DNA of 44,376 nt from the IMG/VR virus record IMGVR_UViG_2541047881_000004, positions 1 through 44,376 of that record; one strand, written 5' to 3'. Of the stretch, positions 1 through 10,300 are shown in pieces. Below the pieces are notes generated by a model. That model was not told the origin of the DNA, did no database searches, and worked only from the letters and a program-made list of their open reading frames with translations. A program made the position numbers and the translations under genes. Numbering within the stretch: position 1 is the first letter of the stretch; each line of letters begins with the position of its first letter. The DNA is from a virus (Duplodnaviria > Heunggongvirae > Uroviricota > Caudoviricetes).

Positions 1-906
1 GTGGATAGCGCACGCGCCCTTATTGCCCGGGGATGGGGAGTAAGCTTAGTCAGCCGTTGTCTCCGGGTGTCGCGTGCGCAGTTGCACGTAATTCTCAGAC
101 GAACCGATGACTGGAAAGATGGTCGCCGCAGCCGTCACTCAGATGATACGGATGTGCTTCTCCGTATACACCATGTTATCGGAGAGCTGCCCACGTATGG
201 TTATCGTCGGGTATGGGCGCTGCTTCGCAGACAGGCCGAACTTGATGGTATGCCTGCGATCAATGCCAAACGTGTTTACCGGATCATGCGCCAGAATGCG
301 CTGTTGCTTGAGCGAAAAACCGCTGTACCGCCATCGAAACGGGCACATACTGGCAAAGTGGCCGTGAAAGAAAGCAATCAACGATGGTGCTCTGACGGGT
401 TCGAGTTCCGCTGTGATAACGGAGAAAAACTGCGAGTCACGTTCGCGCTGGACTGCTGTGACCGTGAGGCACTGCACTGGGCAGTCACTACGGGCGGCTT
501 CGACAGTGAAACAGTACAGGACGTAATGCTGGGAGCGGTGGAACGCCGCTTCGGCAACGAGCTTCCGGCGTCTCCAGTAGAGTGGCTGACGGATAATGGT
601 TCATGCTACCGGGCTAATGAAACACGGCAGTTTGCCCGGATGTTGGGGCTTGAACCGAAGAACACGGCGGTGCGGAGTCCGGAGAGTAACGGCATAGCAG
701 AGAGCTTCGTGAAAACGATAAAGCGTGACTACATCAGTATCATGCCTAAACCAGACGGGTTAACGGCAGCAAAGAACCTTGCAGAGGCGTTCGAGCATTA
801 TAACGAATGGCATCCGCATAGTGCACTGGGTTATCGCTCGCCACGGGAATATCTGCGGCAGCAGGCCAGTAATGGGTTAAGTGATAACAGGTGTCTGGAA
901 ATATAG
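1..906 (+). CDS. insD: IS2 transposase OrfB (InsD), 5' end lies outside the window
   Basis: 301-aa ORF from the track; integrase-core transposase ending ...[31 protein letters not shown]. Confidence 0.9.
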   Translation: MDSARALIARGWGVSLVSRCLRVSRAQLHVILRRTDDWKDGRRSRHSDDTDVLLRIHHVIGELPTYGYRRVWALLRRQAELDGMPAINAKRVYRIMRQNALLLERKTAVPPSKRAHTGKVAVKESNQRWCSDGFEFRCDNGEKLRVTFALDCCDREALHWAVTTGGFDSETVQDVMLGAVERRFGNELPASPVEWLTDNGSCYRANETRQFARMLGLEPKNTAVRSPESNGIAESFVKTIKRDYISIMPKPDGLTAAKNLAEAFEHYNEWHPHSALGYRSPREYLRQQASNGLSDNRCLEI

Positions 907-917
907 GGGCAAATCCA
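1..917 (+). mobile_element. IS2 insertion sequence, 3' portion (window starts inside the element); right terminal repeat ends at 917
   Basis: InsD-type transposase ORF followed by terminal sequence ...GGTGTCTGGAAATATAGGGGCAAATCCA, which matches the IS2 right end as I recall it. Confidence 0.85.
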
Positions 918-1477
918 CATATATTGAAGATAGGTATAAATATCTAACAAGCCTAAAGGGTTCCGTAATAGCAATCCGTATAAAACATTACAGCACCCTA
1001 TCCAAACAGATTATACCGTCTACTGATAACATTCATGCTGAGTTAAAGTTGCTTCTTTCAGAAGTTGCGGTGCGAGGTGATAACGATTATTACCGAATGG
1101 AAGTGGAAGAGTTAATAAAGTTGTTCGAGGGGAATGTTAAAGAGGCACATCTCAAGGATGAAGCTGACGTATTTTTAAGTAAACTACATCCAATTGCAGT
1201 AGAGATTAGATATAATCTTCAGGAAATGAATATTGAGGATTTAGCAACTAAGCATGGCGTGTTGATTTCAACACTTCCGAAAAATGCCCTGCATTACGTT
1301 CTTCAGAAAATGTTTACTTGGCTCCACTCTGATAGATATGACCCAATGGGTGGCTTTTACTTGGACAAGTTAAATGAATATTCAGGCGGGCGATACAATT
1401 TTTGTTCTGAGGATGATGACAGTACAACTCTATTGAAGCTCCGGATGATGTTGCATTGGTATCATCAACAAAAATAG
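918..1477 (+). pseudogene. AT-rich ORF of unknown function whose reading frame runs straight out of the IS2 end; probably a gene remnant disrupted at its 5' end by IS2
   Basis: ORF 881..1477 is open across the IS2 boundary at 917; first ATG outside IS2 is at 1097 and has no RBS. Confidence 0.3.
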
Positions 1478-1710
1478 GCTTAGCCACGAAAACAAGCAAT
1501 ACAGTTGGAAGTTCGTGTGACCTATGCGCTAGGTATTCTGAGACGACAGTGTGACCTGCTCCCTGTTGATTAACATAGGCTGACACTAGCAACGTCCTCT
1601 ACTGGCACATAGCAGCCCCAGAGACAGTGGTGTAAAGTCATGGAGGGTCGGTGGGAGGATATTCAGTTTCATTCATGCCGAAATACGGTAAAATCTATAA
1701 TAGATGGAAA

Positions 1711-1989
1711 TCATTCAATACTCGCACTAAAGTCCACCATCCAGCCGCAGCAAGTTCTTGCATACGACGTGTCTGCGGTTTTATATAATCCCAGCCGGTC
1801 CAGTTTCCAGACAATCAACTCATCTCCACTTTTCATCACCGTAATTAATTCCTTTAACACAGGGCGATTAGCTGTTCTGCCACTGGCATATTCTTCATAA
1901 ATTCGCTCACAGCCAGCTGACTCAAGTGCAAGACGTTGCAACTCTGTATCCTGATGATTTGTTGATACACGAACATACCCGTAAATCAT
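1711..1989 (-). pseudogene. pin: Truncated serine recombinase / DNA invertase (Pin/Gin/Hin family); only about the first 68 residues are invertase-like
   Basis: N-terminus MIYGYVRVSTNHQDTELQRLALESAGCE...DELIVWKLDRLG has the catalytic Ser motif of small invertases; similarity ends near nt 1786 and the ORF stops at 92 aa, so the C-terminal HTH domain is missing. Confidence 0.6.
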
Positions 1990-1994
1990 GAGTG

Positions 1995-2021
1995 CTTCTC
2001 CTGTTGTAAAAACAGGAGAAG
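1995..2021. repeat. 27-bp near-perfect palindrome CTTCTCCTGTTGTAAAAACAGGAGAAG directly upstream of the invertase start codon
   Basis: 13-bp arms with one mismatch around a central A; contains the AGGAG RBS of pin on the minus strand; candidate recombination site remnant or regulatory hairpin. Confidence 0.35.
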
Positions 2022-2056
2022 AGGCGAAATATCACCTGATTCAGAAAAATATTTGA

Positions 2057-2530
2057 AAGGTTGGTTTGGGAGAAACGATAAATAAAGCCTCCGGAGCTAT
2101 GCAGAAATCGGCTAATGGAGCTGATATTTCTGATGTATCAGCCTTCCGAAATGCGCTCCAGTTAGGGATCGCCGCAACACGAGATGTTGGAGCAGATAAT
2201 GCCTCGAAGTTACTGGATTTAGACAGCTTCAGGTCAATGATGTCAGGGAATGGCTACATCTACATTCCATGCATTGCGACGACAGGAAACCCGGTGAAAC
2301 TTATGTTGCAGTGGGGAACGGTGGCAACACAAAAGGGAGCTGATGCTGGATATGCCTTACCATTTGCTTTTCCCTATGCAGGCTTATTTGCGACCGGAAA
2401 CCGTGGAACATCTGGCTACAATGCCGCGATGAATGTGCGTATTGCCAGCAGAACGCATATCAGTATTCAGAACTGGTCGCCATCCGGAGAGGGCACCGAA
2501 GATTGTTGTTTTATCGCGCTGGGGTATTAA
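2057..2530 (+). other. Alternative side-tail-fibre C-terminal cassette, promoterless and oriented opposite to stf
   Basis: ORF 2066..2530; like stf it ends in ...GY and shows loose similarity to the stf C-terminal region; upstream in-frame stop at 2054-2056; arrangement typical of Mu G / e14 P invertible segments. Confidence 0.55.
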
Positions 2531-2532
2531 GA

Positions 2533-2943
2533 ATGAATAAATTTTATAAAGGCTCTTTCTATCCGAAAGCACTAAAAGAGGTATATATCAGCGCCGGTTC
2601 ATGGCCTGAAAATGGCGTTGATGTTGATGATGAAACAATGGCAATTTACACAGGCGTAGCGCCACAAGGCAAAACGCTGGGGGCTGATAAAAATGGTAAT
2701 CCTGCGTGGATTGATATCCCGCCACTCTCCGCTGAACAACAGATTATTCAGGCTGAACAGAAAAGAACGGTATTGCGTTCTATGGCTGATAAGGAAATAG
2801 CCTGGAGACAGGATGCTTTTGATGCGGAAATCGCGACGGCAGAAGAAACCGCCGCGTTATCTGAATGGAAAAAATACCGGGTCTTGCTGATGCGCGTTGA
2901 TACAGCAAAACCCGTATGGCCTGTCAATCCGCAGGATATTTAA
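2533..2943 (+). CDS. tfa: Tail fibre assembly chaperone (Tfa) belonging to the alternative cassette
   Basis: 136 aa from ATG 2533; C-terminus ...[27 protein letters not shown] matches the conserved Tfa C-terminal motif (lambda Tfa ...[22 protein letters not shown]...WP). Confidence 0.7.
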   Translation: [136 protein letters not shown]

Positions 2944-3157
2944 CGGGGGCGTTGTAGGTGGTGACATATTCAAGCAGTTCTGTTGGATATGTCACCGTTG
3001 CTGCATCTCGCTCTACGTTAAATGTATCCGCTCCCCAGATAACACACTCCCTCAAAAATGCCTCCACCTCTGGCGAGACTTCAACCGCATCATCAGGTCG
3101 CTCTTGTTCAGAAACATAAAAACCAACGGTCGTTGGGCTGAAATACATATTCTCCAT
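2924..3157 (-). CDS. Short Tfa-like ORF directly downstream of stf; probably a truncated tail fibre assembly gene
   Basis: 77 aa, MENMYFSPTTVGFYVSEQERPDDAVEVSPE... resembles the N-terminal motif of small Tfa chaperones, but the conserved C-terminal region is absent; its 3' end overlaps the 3' end of the plus-strand tfa. Confidence 0.4.
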   Translation of the reverse strand: MENMYFSPTTVGFYVSEQERPDDAVEVSPEVEAFLRECVIWGADTFNVERDAATVTYPTELLEYVTTYNAPVKYPAD

Positions 3158-3159
3158 AT

Positions 3160-6030
3160 TTAGTATCCTATTGCTTCAAAATGCAAAGTCGGAATTTCGC
3201 CGAGATTGGGTGTCGTATACGACACAGTGAATCGCGTTCTTGATACGTCAGTGCCAGAATCAGTATCGCGATGCGTTGCCAGTGATTTCCCAGCCATTGA
3301 TGACTGGGTCGAAAAGCTGTAACTCGCTAGTGTTGCCAGCGTTGCTATTTGTGCATTTGGGAATTGTCTGGGGAAATTAACCCTGTAGTAATGGGTGTAG
3401 TACAGCACTCCACCAAGAGTAATTGCGTTGAAATTACCAACAGGCGTCAGTGTCACAGTACCAACCTGTCGAATCATACCATTTGGGAGAATATCCCAGG
3501 CAGTTTGTCCGTTTCGCGACATACCAAATGCGGACATGTCCGGGAGTTGATTATTACCGGTTCCGACATTACGTTTTGCCGCTTCTCCCAATTGAAGGTA
3601 TGCGAGAAGACCAGCTACATCCTTTCCACTCAAATTAGTCAGCGTATTGTCCAGCGGTTGTTTGCCCGCCAGTGCGCTCTGTACTTCGCTTTTGCTGTAG
3701 GCATCCAGATCTTTAGGCGTAAGCGTAATATCCTTCGTGCCGTCAAACGGAACGCCGTTGATATTCCGTGCAGTCTGTAGTTTTGTGGCAGTTGCAGCAT
3801 TACCAGTGGTGTTCTGATTACCCGTAGTGTTTACACCTGGAAGGTTAATATTTGCAGAACCGTCGAAAACAACTCCACCGATAGATCTTGCCGTCTGCAA
3901 TTTCGTGGCTGTAGCAGCATTTCCTGAAAGACTTGAAATAAATGGATGTGAACAGTAATAACCTCGTCCATTTTTAAAGTCCAAAATTATCTGTGCATTC
4001 GTACTTTCTGATAAAGGATCAGTTGCCCCCCACTTATAAGTGGTTTGACCAACTGCATAATCAGCCGTTGGAACAATCACATTTAATCCTTCCTCAGCAA
4101 AAATATGGATAGGGAATGCTCTTGTCTCAACGTAAAATACACTACACAAATCATCATCTTTCACGCTTGCGATAATCGAGTGTATAGCTCGCTCAGCAGT
4201 AGAATATATTGAGAAAAAACCAGCCGCATATGAATCGCGATCAGACCAACCGCCAGGCATAACAAACCCATTAAATTCACAATTATTCATGGCGTATCCG
4301 CCAGCTGAGGAATAAGTGGTGATAACCACTCGTGAGGCTAATTCATCTGCGCCACCACCAGTTCGGCGAAAGACTACAGGATACCACTTACCGCTTACTG
4401 CATTTGCAGGAGCAGAGAAAGTGTATTTTCGCATCCCCTTTTTCTTATCCACTTCACCTTTGCTGTAAACATTAATGTTACTCAGGAAGCGGCCCTTGTC
4501 TGGGATATCAGCGCCATTCTGATTCTTCGCCAATCGGCTATTCGCATTGTCATTCGCAGCTTTAACTGCCTTTGGAGTTGCGGCCAGCGATTCACTGGTG
4601 CTATCAACAGCACTGCTAAGTTTCACAACACCTTTAGTTGTAAGGCTTGCGTCTTCCATCGCAACTGCACCGGCAATCTCTTCAGCACGATCAGCAGCAG
4701 CTTCCGCACGGGTCGCAGCGGATTCAGCAGCAGTTTTGCTCTGAGATGCTGCCGTCGCACTGCCTGCCGCCTCTGTTGCTTTCGTGGATGCCGTCGTGGC
4801 GCTGCCCTTCGCTGCTGACGCCTGTCTGGTCGCCTCATCTTTTGAAGCAGACGCAGATGATGCCGATGACGCTGCCGAACTGGCGGACGATGCGGCTGCC
4901 GTTTTTGAGGATTCTGCACGGGTTTCCGACGCTTTCGCATTCGTTTCGGATGTCTTCGCTGTGGAAGCAGACCTCGCTGCTGCGCTGGCCTGTACAGCGG
5001 CTTCGCCAGCCTTCGTTGTGGCTGTTGAAGCGGACGATGCAGCACTTTCTGCCGATTTTCCGGCGGCGGTGGCACTGGCTGAGGCCTGCCCGGCACTTGT
5101 TGACGCGGCACTGGCAGACGACGCAGCCGCTGTTTTTGAGCCTGCCGCAGCTGAGGCACTCTGTCCCGCTGCCGTTTCAGAAGCCTTGGCGTTCGTCTCG
5201 GACGTTTTTGCCGCCTTCGCAGAATTTGCTGTCGCCGTTGCCGAGGAAGCTGCGCTGCTGGCGCTCGAGGCTGCGCTCGTTTCTGATGATTTTGCCGCCT
5301 CTTTTGAAGCCGACGCATCCCGGGCTGAGGTGGCAGCTTCTGACGCTTTCGTGGTTGCGGTGGATGCTGAAGTGGCTGCTGATTGTTGTGACGCTGCCGC
5401 ATTCGTTTCTGACGTTTTTGCCGCAGCGGCACTGGTGGCCGCCGCGCTTTTTGAGGACTCTGCAGCGGCAGCACTTTTTGATGCTTCAGTGGCCTTTGCT
5501 GATGCCGTTCCTGCGCTGGAAGACGCTGACTGAGCCGACGAAGCGGCCTGTCCGGCTGACGTGCTGGCTGCGCGTGCTGAGCCTGCAGCATCAGTCGCAT
5601 GGGTTGCCGCCTCACGGGCAGATGTGCCGGCATCGCCGGCTGACTTCTTCGCGGCTGCCGTGTTCTGTGCCACTGCGGACGCGTTACGCGCCACCTCTTC
5701 CACCATCAGTTCAAAACGGCGCAGTGCCTCTGGCCGGACATCATCCTCCGTCATTGCACCGAGGAAATCATTCAGTGTGCCCGGCTTTGAGTCCTCATAT
5801 ACGGTGATAATCCCGGCGTGTGACGGCGGGAATCCCTCCACCAACAGACTGACGCTGTACTGACCATACTCGACGTCCATTGTGTAACGCCCGGCTTCAT
5901 CCGGGTTTTCTGAGGCCACTGTGTTCACCACCACCGTGGTGCTGTTGCGCCTGGCCTTTAGCTGAATGGTGCAGTTTTGTATCGGCTTACCTGCGCCATC
6001 TTTCAGTACACCTGAAATCCGTACTGCCAT
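3160..6030 (-). CDS. stf: Side tail fibre protein Stf with long Ala/Ser/Thr-rich repeat region
   Basis: 956 aa; N-terminus MAVRISGVLKDGAGKPIQNCTIQLKARRNSTTVVVNTV... close to lambda Stf; internal low-complexity repeats (AKTSETNAKASET..., TSAGQASSA...). Confidence 0.9.
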   Translation of the reverse strand: MAVRISGVLKDGAGKPIQNCTIQLKARRNSTTVVVNTVASENPDEAGRYTMDVEYGQYSVSLLVEGFPPSHAGIITVYEDSKPGTLNDFLGAMTEDDVRPEALRRFELMVEEVARNASAVAQNTAAAKKSAGDAGTSAREAATHATDAAGSARAASTSAGQAASSAQSASSSAGTASAKATEASKSAAAAESSKSAAATSAAAAKTSETNAAASQQSAATSASTATTKASEAATSARDASASKEAAKSSETSAASSASSAASSATATANSAKAAKTSETNAKASETAAGQSASAAAGSKTAAASSASAASTSAGQASASATAAGKSAESAASSASTATTKAGEAAVQASAAARSASTAKTSETNAKASETRAESSKTAAASSASSAASSASSASASKDEATRQASAAKGSATTASTKATEAAGSATAASQSKTAAESAATRAEAAADRAEEIAGAVAMEDASLTTKGVVKLSSAVDSTSESLAATPKAVKAANDNANSRLAKNQNGADIPDKGRFLSNINVYSKGEVDKKKGMRKYTFSAPANAVSGKWYPVVFRRTGGGADELASRVVITTYSSAGGYAMNNCEFNGFVMPGGWSDRDSYAAGFFSIYSTAERAIHSIIASVKDDDLCSVFYVETRAFPIHIFAEEGLNVIVPTADYAVGQTTYKWGATDPLSESTNAQIILDFKNGRGYYCSHPFISSLSGNAATATKLQTARSIGGVVFDGSANINLPGVNTTGNQNTTGNAATATKLQTARNINGVPFDGTKDITLTPKDLDAYSKSEVQSALAGKQPLDNTLTNLSGKDVAGLLAYLQLGEAAKRNVGTGNNQLPDMSAFGMSRNGQTAWDILPNGMIRQVGTVTLTPVGNFNAITLGGVLYYTHYYRVNFPRQFPNAQIATLATLASYSFSTQSSMAGKSLATHRDTDSGTDVSRTRFTVSYTTPNLGEIPTLHFEAIGY

Positions 6031-6041
6031 ATTCCCCCCAC

Positions 6042-6068
6042 AAAAAAGCCCGCCTGAACCGGCGGGCT
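6042..6068 (-). terminator. Intrinsic terminator between lom and stf
   Basis: Minus-strand RNA AGCCCGCC-GGUUCA-GGCGGGCU followed by UUUUUUG. Confidence 0.6.
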
Positions 6069-6094
6069 GTCATAACACTGTGTTACCTGGCTAA

Positions 6095-6694
6095 TCAGAA
6101 TTTATAACCAACACCCACGATGAAACCGTCAGTGCGCCAGTCGCCACTGCCGGAGCCTTCATAAGCAATATCAATGGCCACGGATTCGATCGGGTTAAAC
6201 TGCACGCCAGCTCCCCACGCCAGAGACGTGTTGCTGTGGCGACCGTCATCACTTCCGGTCAGCACATCGTGCGTTTTCCCCTTGTTGTCAGTTACGCGGA
6301 GATAATCCCCGGAGAACGTCGAAACACGGCTGTAAGCCACACCTGCCATCGCATAAGCACTGAACCATTCATTCACGCGTACAGATGGCCCCGCCATCAT
6401 GCTGAACCAGCGGTTACGCACTGAATCTTCATGCCAGCGGGTATCGCTGTAATGCGTTTTTTGCTCATCTTTGGCATTGGCATAACTGAATGACGTCACC
6501 AGCCCCAGCGTGTCCGTAAATTCATAACGGTATTTCACGTTAATGCCCTTCAGGTCATCACTGCCTGGCATATCAGTATGGGCCTGAAGATACCCGGCGC
6601 TTAGTGTGGACTGATGCTCTGCTGCGCTCGCTGGCGTACCAGCGGCAACCAGCCAGACTACTGCGGACAGAATAACAGCACATAATTTACGCAT
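6095..6694 (-). CDS. lom: Lom-family outer membrane protein (Ail/OmpX/PagC beta-barrel family)
   Basis: 199 aa with signal peptide; C-terminus ...IAYEGSGSGDWRTDGFIVGVGYKF as in lambda Lom. Confidence 0.85.
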   Translation of the reverse strand: MRKLCAVILSAVVWLVAAGTPASAAEHQSTLSAGYLQAHTDMPGSDDLKGINVKYRYEFTDTLGLVTSFSYANAKDEQKTHYSDTRWHEDSVRNRWFSMMAGPSVRVNEWFSAYAMAGVAYSRVSTFSGDYLRVTDNKGKTHDVLTGSDDGRHSNTSLAWGAGVQFNPIESVAIDIAYEGSGSGDWRTDGFIVGVGYKF

Positions 6695-6715
6695 AATTAC
6701 CTCTCGCTTTTCTGC

Positions 6716-6741
6716 AATAAAAAGGCGTCATTTCTGACGCC
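6716..6741 (-). terminator. Intrinsic terminator downstream of J
   Basis: Minus-strand RNA GGCGUCA-GAAA-UGACGCC followed by UUUUUAUU. Confidence 0.6.
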
Positions 6742-6760
6742 CGTATTGGGGTTATAAAAT

Positions 6761-9700
6761 TCAGCTGATACTGATGCCTGCGGTGGCTTTCTTCATCACC
6801 ACAACCAGCAAATCGCTGATACTTGCTGTGGGATACCAGCCATTTACCCACCATGCTGATACCGAAAACTCCAGTGTCATTACGCCACTGCCTGCAGGCA
6901 TATCAATAACACCCGTGTAAATCAGAGTATTATCCAGAGCCGTTCGGTTATAAATTTCAGCCCCGTTTTTCTTCACTATCAGGCGGCATGACGAATAAGT
7001 ATCGCTATTCTCCCGTTCATGTCTGGCACCGCTGAAAGCCACCGCTGGAATAACAATTTGCCGGTCAAACGGCTGATCGTCATAAACCCTGACGGTAATG
7101 GTCCCTGATGGCCACCGTTCCGGTGCACGGGAGTCACGGGGGAAAGCTTTGCCCACTGTTTTAACGAGATCGCCTTCAATCTGGTTCGCGGACAGTTTTC
7201 CCAGAACCCGGCAGTTCTCGTTAATCGTGACGTTGTTGAGCGTCCCGGAGTTCGCATTCACGTTACCGCTGATATCGGCATTTTTTGCCGTCAGCCGCCC
7301 GTCCGGTGTCAGGGAAAATGCCGGAGGATTACCGCCGCTGGTAATGGTGGGAGCCGTCAGATATTTCAGGAACACTTCATTCATAAATATCTGATCGCCC
7401 TGACCAACAAACATCGGCTTTGTGTTGCCATTCGCAGGATTAATCATCGCAATCCTGTCCGCCGCCAGCAGCACCTGACTCTGCATACCGTCAGGGGTAT
7501 TCTCAATACCGGCACCAATACCCGCGATATAAAGGCGTCCGTCCTGCATCTGCTGCAGCTTCACAGCCCACATGCTGTTCAGGTTATTATTTGTATCAAC
7601 CTGAACCTTCTGTATCTGCTGAATTGCCGCACTCTGGTCTTCCAGTTTCTTATTGACGGTCTGCGTGATTTCATTGCTGACATCCGTAATGGACGTCCTG
7701 ATTTCAGCCAGGTCAGGCGCAAGCTGACCGTTATCAATCTGCGTCCACAGCTCCTGAGCCAGATGGCTTTTCCCTATCTCTCCTTTGAAAAAATCCAGAT
7801 AGCCGGATGCATCATCACTCGGCTGGCCAACAGCCTCCACAAATGCCGATTTGCCAACGGTGTTCACACTGCGGATGTAAAAATAATAATCATGGCCCGG
7901 TTTGATATTGATACTGGCGGCTATCCAGTACAGCGCCGTGCCAAGATAGCGGGCTGTGGTTTCAACCTGCCTGATATCGGTAATCCGCGTTTCCGAGAAC
8001 CAGAACTCAAACTGTACCGTCGGATCATAAACCGCAAGATGCGGCGTGGCAGTTATCTGAAAATAGCCCGGCGTCAGCTCAATCCGCGACGGCGCTGCCG
8101 GTGCGGCAATCCGGAACGATACCGACGCCGGATCGCCCTGCTGCCCCCACGCATTTACTGCCCGGACTGTCAGCCTGTAGTTCCCCAGCGCCAGTTGCCT
8201 GAAGCGGTATGTGGTTTCCGTCGTCCTGGCCGTGCTGACCAGCCGCTCACTGCCGTCGTCCGCTGCCACGGTCAGACGGAGCAGGAAGCTCACGCCCTTC
8301 ACCACCTTCGGCGTGTCCCAGCGCGCCAGCACCTGGTATTCCCCGCTGTCTGCGGTGACTTCGGCGGTCAGGTGCTGCACCGCTGGCGGCGTGACACCAT
8401 TCACCGTGCCGCTCTGGTCGCCGTCAAAGTGCGCCCCGTTATCCACGATGGCCTCTTTTTCCGGTACATGCTGCACGGCAGTGATGGCATACGTGCCGTC
8501 GTCGTTCTCACGGATACTCACGCAGCGGAACAGGCGCTGGCGCAGCGTCGGCAGCTTCAGCCCCCACACGCTGTATTCAGCAACACCGTCAGGAACACGG
8601 CTCACTTTTACCTTCACGCCGTCGGTGACGGACTGAACCTCCACGCTGACCGGATTGCCACTTCCGTCAACCAGGCTTATCAGCGTGGTACCGGAGGATG
8701 GCAGCGTGATTTCACGGTCGAGCGTCAGCGTCCGGGTCTGGCTGTTCACCGCCAGCACGCGCCCGCCGGTGCTGATACCGGCATAGTCATCATCGCAGAT
8801 TTCAATGACATCGCCCGGCACATGGCGAAGCCCTTCTGCGCCCACGCTGAAATCCACGGTCTGCGTTTCCAGCAGTTCCGTTTTAATCAGCCACAGCCCG
8901 GCGCGGTGTGCCTGCCCCCGGCTGGTACAGCCAAAGGCATCCATCTTCGTAACATTACGACCGTAACGGGCAATGGCCTGCGTATCTTCAACAAGCTCTG
9001 TCGCCGTCTCCCAGCCGTTATCCGGGTCAATCCAGTTCACCTCAACGGCATTATGGCGGTCCTTCAGGGCGCTGAAGCTGTAGCGGAACGGCGCGCCATC
9101 ATCCGGCATCACCACATTACTGCGGTTATAGGTCCACACCTTATCCGACGGTCGGTCCTGCACGAACGTCAGCGTCTGCCCGTTCCATACCGGCATACAG
9201 CGCATCGCCGAGCAGAAATCGCTGAGCACATCCCACGCCTTACGTTGTGTGGTCAGCCAGGCATTACAGGTGATGCGCGGCTCCGTGCCGCCAAAACCGT
9301 CCGGCACCGACTGGTCGCAGTACTGGCCGATGACATACAGCGCCCATTTATCCACATCTGCCGCACCAAGACGTTTCCCCATGCCGTAGCGCGGATGGGT
9401 CAGCATATCCCACAGACACCAGGCCATGTTGTTGCTGTATGCTGGCTTAAACGTTCCATCCCAGATACCGCTGTATTGCCGCGTCTGCGGGTTATAGTTC
9501 GACGGCACCTGCAGAATACGCCCGCGAAGATGATAATTACGGCTCACCTGCTGGCTGCCGAACTGCTCCGAATCCACCTGTACGCCGACCAGTGCCGTGT
9601 TCGGGTAGCACTGTTTCACATCGATGATTTCGGTGTATGACGACCAGAGCGTTTTGTTCTGCAGCTGGTCTGTGGTGCTGTCCGGCGTCATCCTGCGCAT

Positions 9701-10240
9701 CCGGATACTGAACGGGCGCGGCGGCAGGTTATCCACCACCACCGAGGCCAGATACTGTGAAGTGGTTTTACCCTTAATGGTGATGTCTTTTTCCGTCACC
9801 CAGCCACCGTTACGTTGTATCTGAACCAGCAGGCGGACTTCCGATGGATTCCTGTCCCCCTTTGAGGTGGTTTCCACCAGTGCCTGCACGCCGAAGGTAA
9901 AGCGCAGACGGTCGATGTTTGCAGACGTGATGGTCCGGGTGATCGGCGTGTCATATTTCACTTCCGTACCCAGCACCGTCTCGGATCCGGAGGATTCAAA
10001 TCCCTCCGGCGGTGTCTGCTCCTGCTCACCGGCCCGGAACACCACCGTGACGCCGGAGATATTGGTATTCCCCTCACTGTCCAGCACCGGTGTACTGTTC
10101 AGCAGCACGCTTTTTAATCCATCCACCGGACCTTCTATCGGCCCTTCGCTGATGGCATCGATCACACTCAGTAACTGCGTGGATTTCAGGTTGTCCTTCG
10201 CTTCGCGCGGGGTATGCCCCTTACTGCTGCCTTTACCCAT
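6761..10240 (-). CDS. J: Tail tip host-specificity protein J
   Basis: 1159 aa; lambda J-like over its whole length as recalled. Confidence 0.95.
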   Translation of the reverse strand: MGKGSSKGHTPREAKDNLKSTQLLSVIDAISEGPIEGPVDGLKSVLLNSTPVLDSEGNTNISGVTVVFRAGEQEQTPPEGFESSGSETVLGTEVKYDTPITRTITSANIDRLRFTFGVQALVETTSKGDRNPSEVRLLVQIQRNGGWVTEKDITIKGKTTSQYLASVVVDNLPPRPFSIRMRRMTPDSTTDQLQNKTLWSSYTEIIDVKQCYPNTALVGVQVDSEQFGSQQVSRNYHLRGRILQVPSNYNPQTRQYSGIWDGTFKPAYSNNMAWCLWDMLTHPRYGMGKRLGAADVDKWALYVIGQYCDQSVPDGFGGTEPRITCNAWLTTQRKAWDVLSDFCSAMRCMPVWNGQTLTFVQDRPSDKVWTYNRSNVVMPDDGAPFRYSFSALKDRHNAVEVNWIDPDNGWETATELVEDTQAIARYGRNVTKMDAFGCTSRGQAHRAGLWLIKTELLETQTVDFSVGAEGLRHVPGDVIEICDDDYAGISTGGRVLAVNSQTRTLTLDREITLPSSGTTLISLVDGSGNPVSVEVQSVTDGVKVKVSRVPDGVAEYSVWGLKLPTLRQRLFRCVSIRENDDGTYAITAVQHVPEKEAIVDNGAHFDGDQSGTVNGVTPPAVQHLTAEVTADSGEYQVLARWDTPKVVKGVSFLLRLTVAADDGSERLVSTARTTETTYRFRQLALGNYRLTVRAVNAWGQQGDPASVSFRIAAPAAPSRIELTPGYFQITATPHLAVYDPTVQFEFWFSETRITDIRQVETTARYLGTALYWIAASINIKPGHDYYFYIRSVNTVGKSAFVEAVGQPSDDASGYLDFFKGEIGKSHLAQELWTQIDNGQLAPDLAEIRTSITDVSNEITQTVNKKLEDQSAAIQQIQKVQVDTNNNLNSMWAVKLQQMQDGRLYIAGIGAGIENTPDGMQSQVLLAADRIAMINPANGNTKPMFVGQGDQIFMNEVFLKYLTAPTITSGGNPPAFSLTPDGRLTAKNADISGNVNANSGTLNNVTINENCRVLGKLSANQIEGDLVKTVGKAFPRDSRAPERWPSGTITVRVYDDQPFDRQIVIPAVAFSGARHERENSDTYSSCRLIVKKNGAEIYNRTALDNTLIYTGVIDMPAGSGVMTLEFSVSAWWVNGWYPTASISDLLVVVMKKATAGISIS

Positions 10241-10300
10241 TCGTCATGCTCCATAAACGACAAAACCGCCCGCAGGCGGTTTCACATAAAACATTTTGCA

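Noticed and set aside
1640-1900. 86-aa plus-strand ORF overlapping the truncated invertase on the opposite strand
   Set aside because: Antisense to the recognisable pin N-terminal coding sequence; no RBS; product has no recognisable features.
4547-5863. Long ORFs overlapping the stf repeat region (4623..5633 minus, 4647..5807 plus, 4784..5533 plus, 5561..5863 plus)
   Set aside because: They lie in alternative frames or antisense within the GC-rich Ala/Ser repeat array of stf; their products are low-complexity (Ala/Asp/Glu or Arg/Gln/Pro-rich) with no start context; they are artefacts of repetitive composition.
7763-9640. 625-aa plus-strand ORF antisense to J, plus smaller antisense ORFs (8211..8636, 9867..10256)
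   Set aside because: Entirely embedded antisense in the well-supported J gene; the Arg-rich sequence is typical of reverse-frame artefacts in GC-rich coding DNA.
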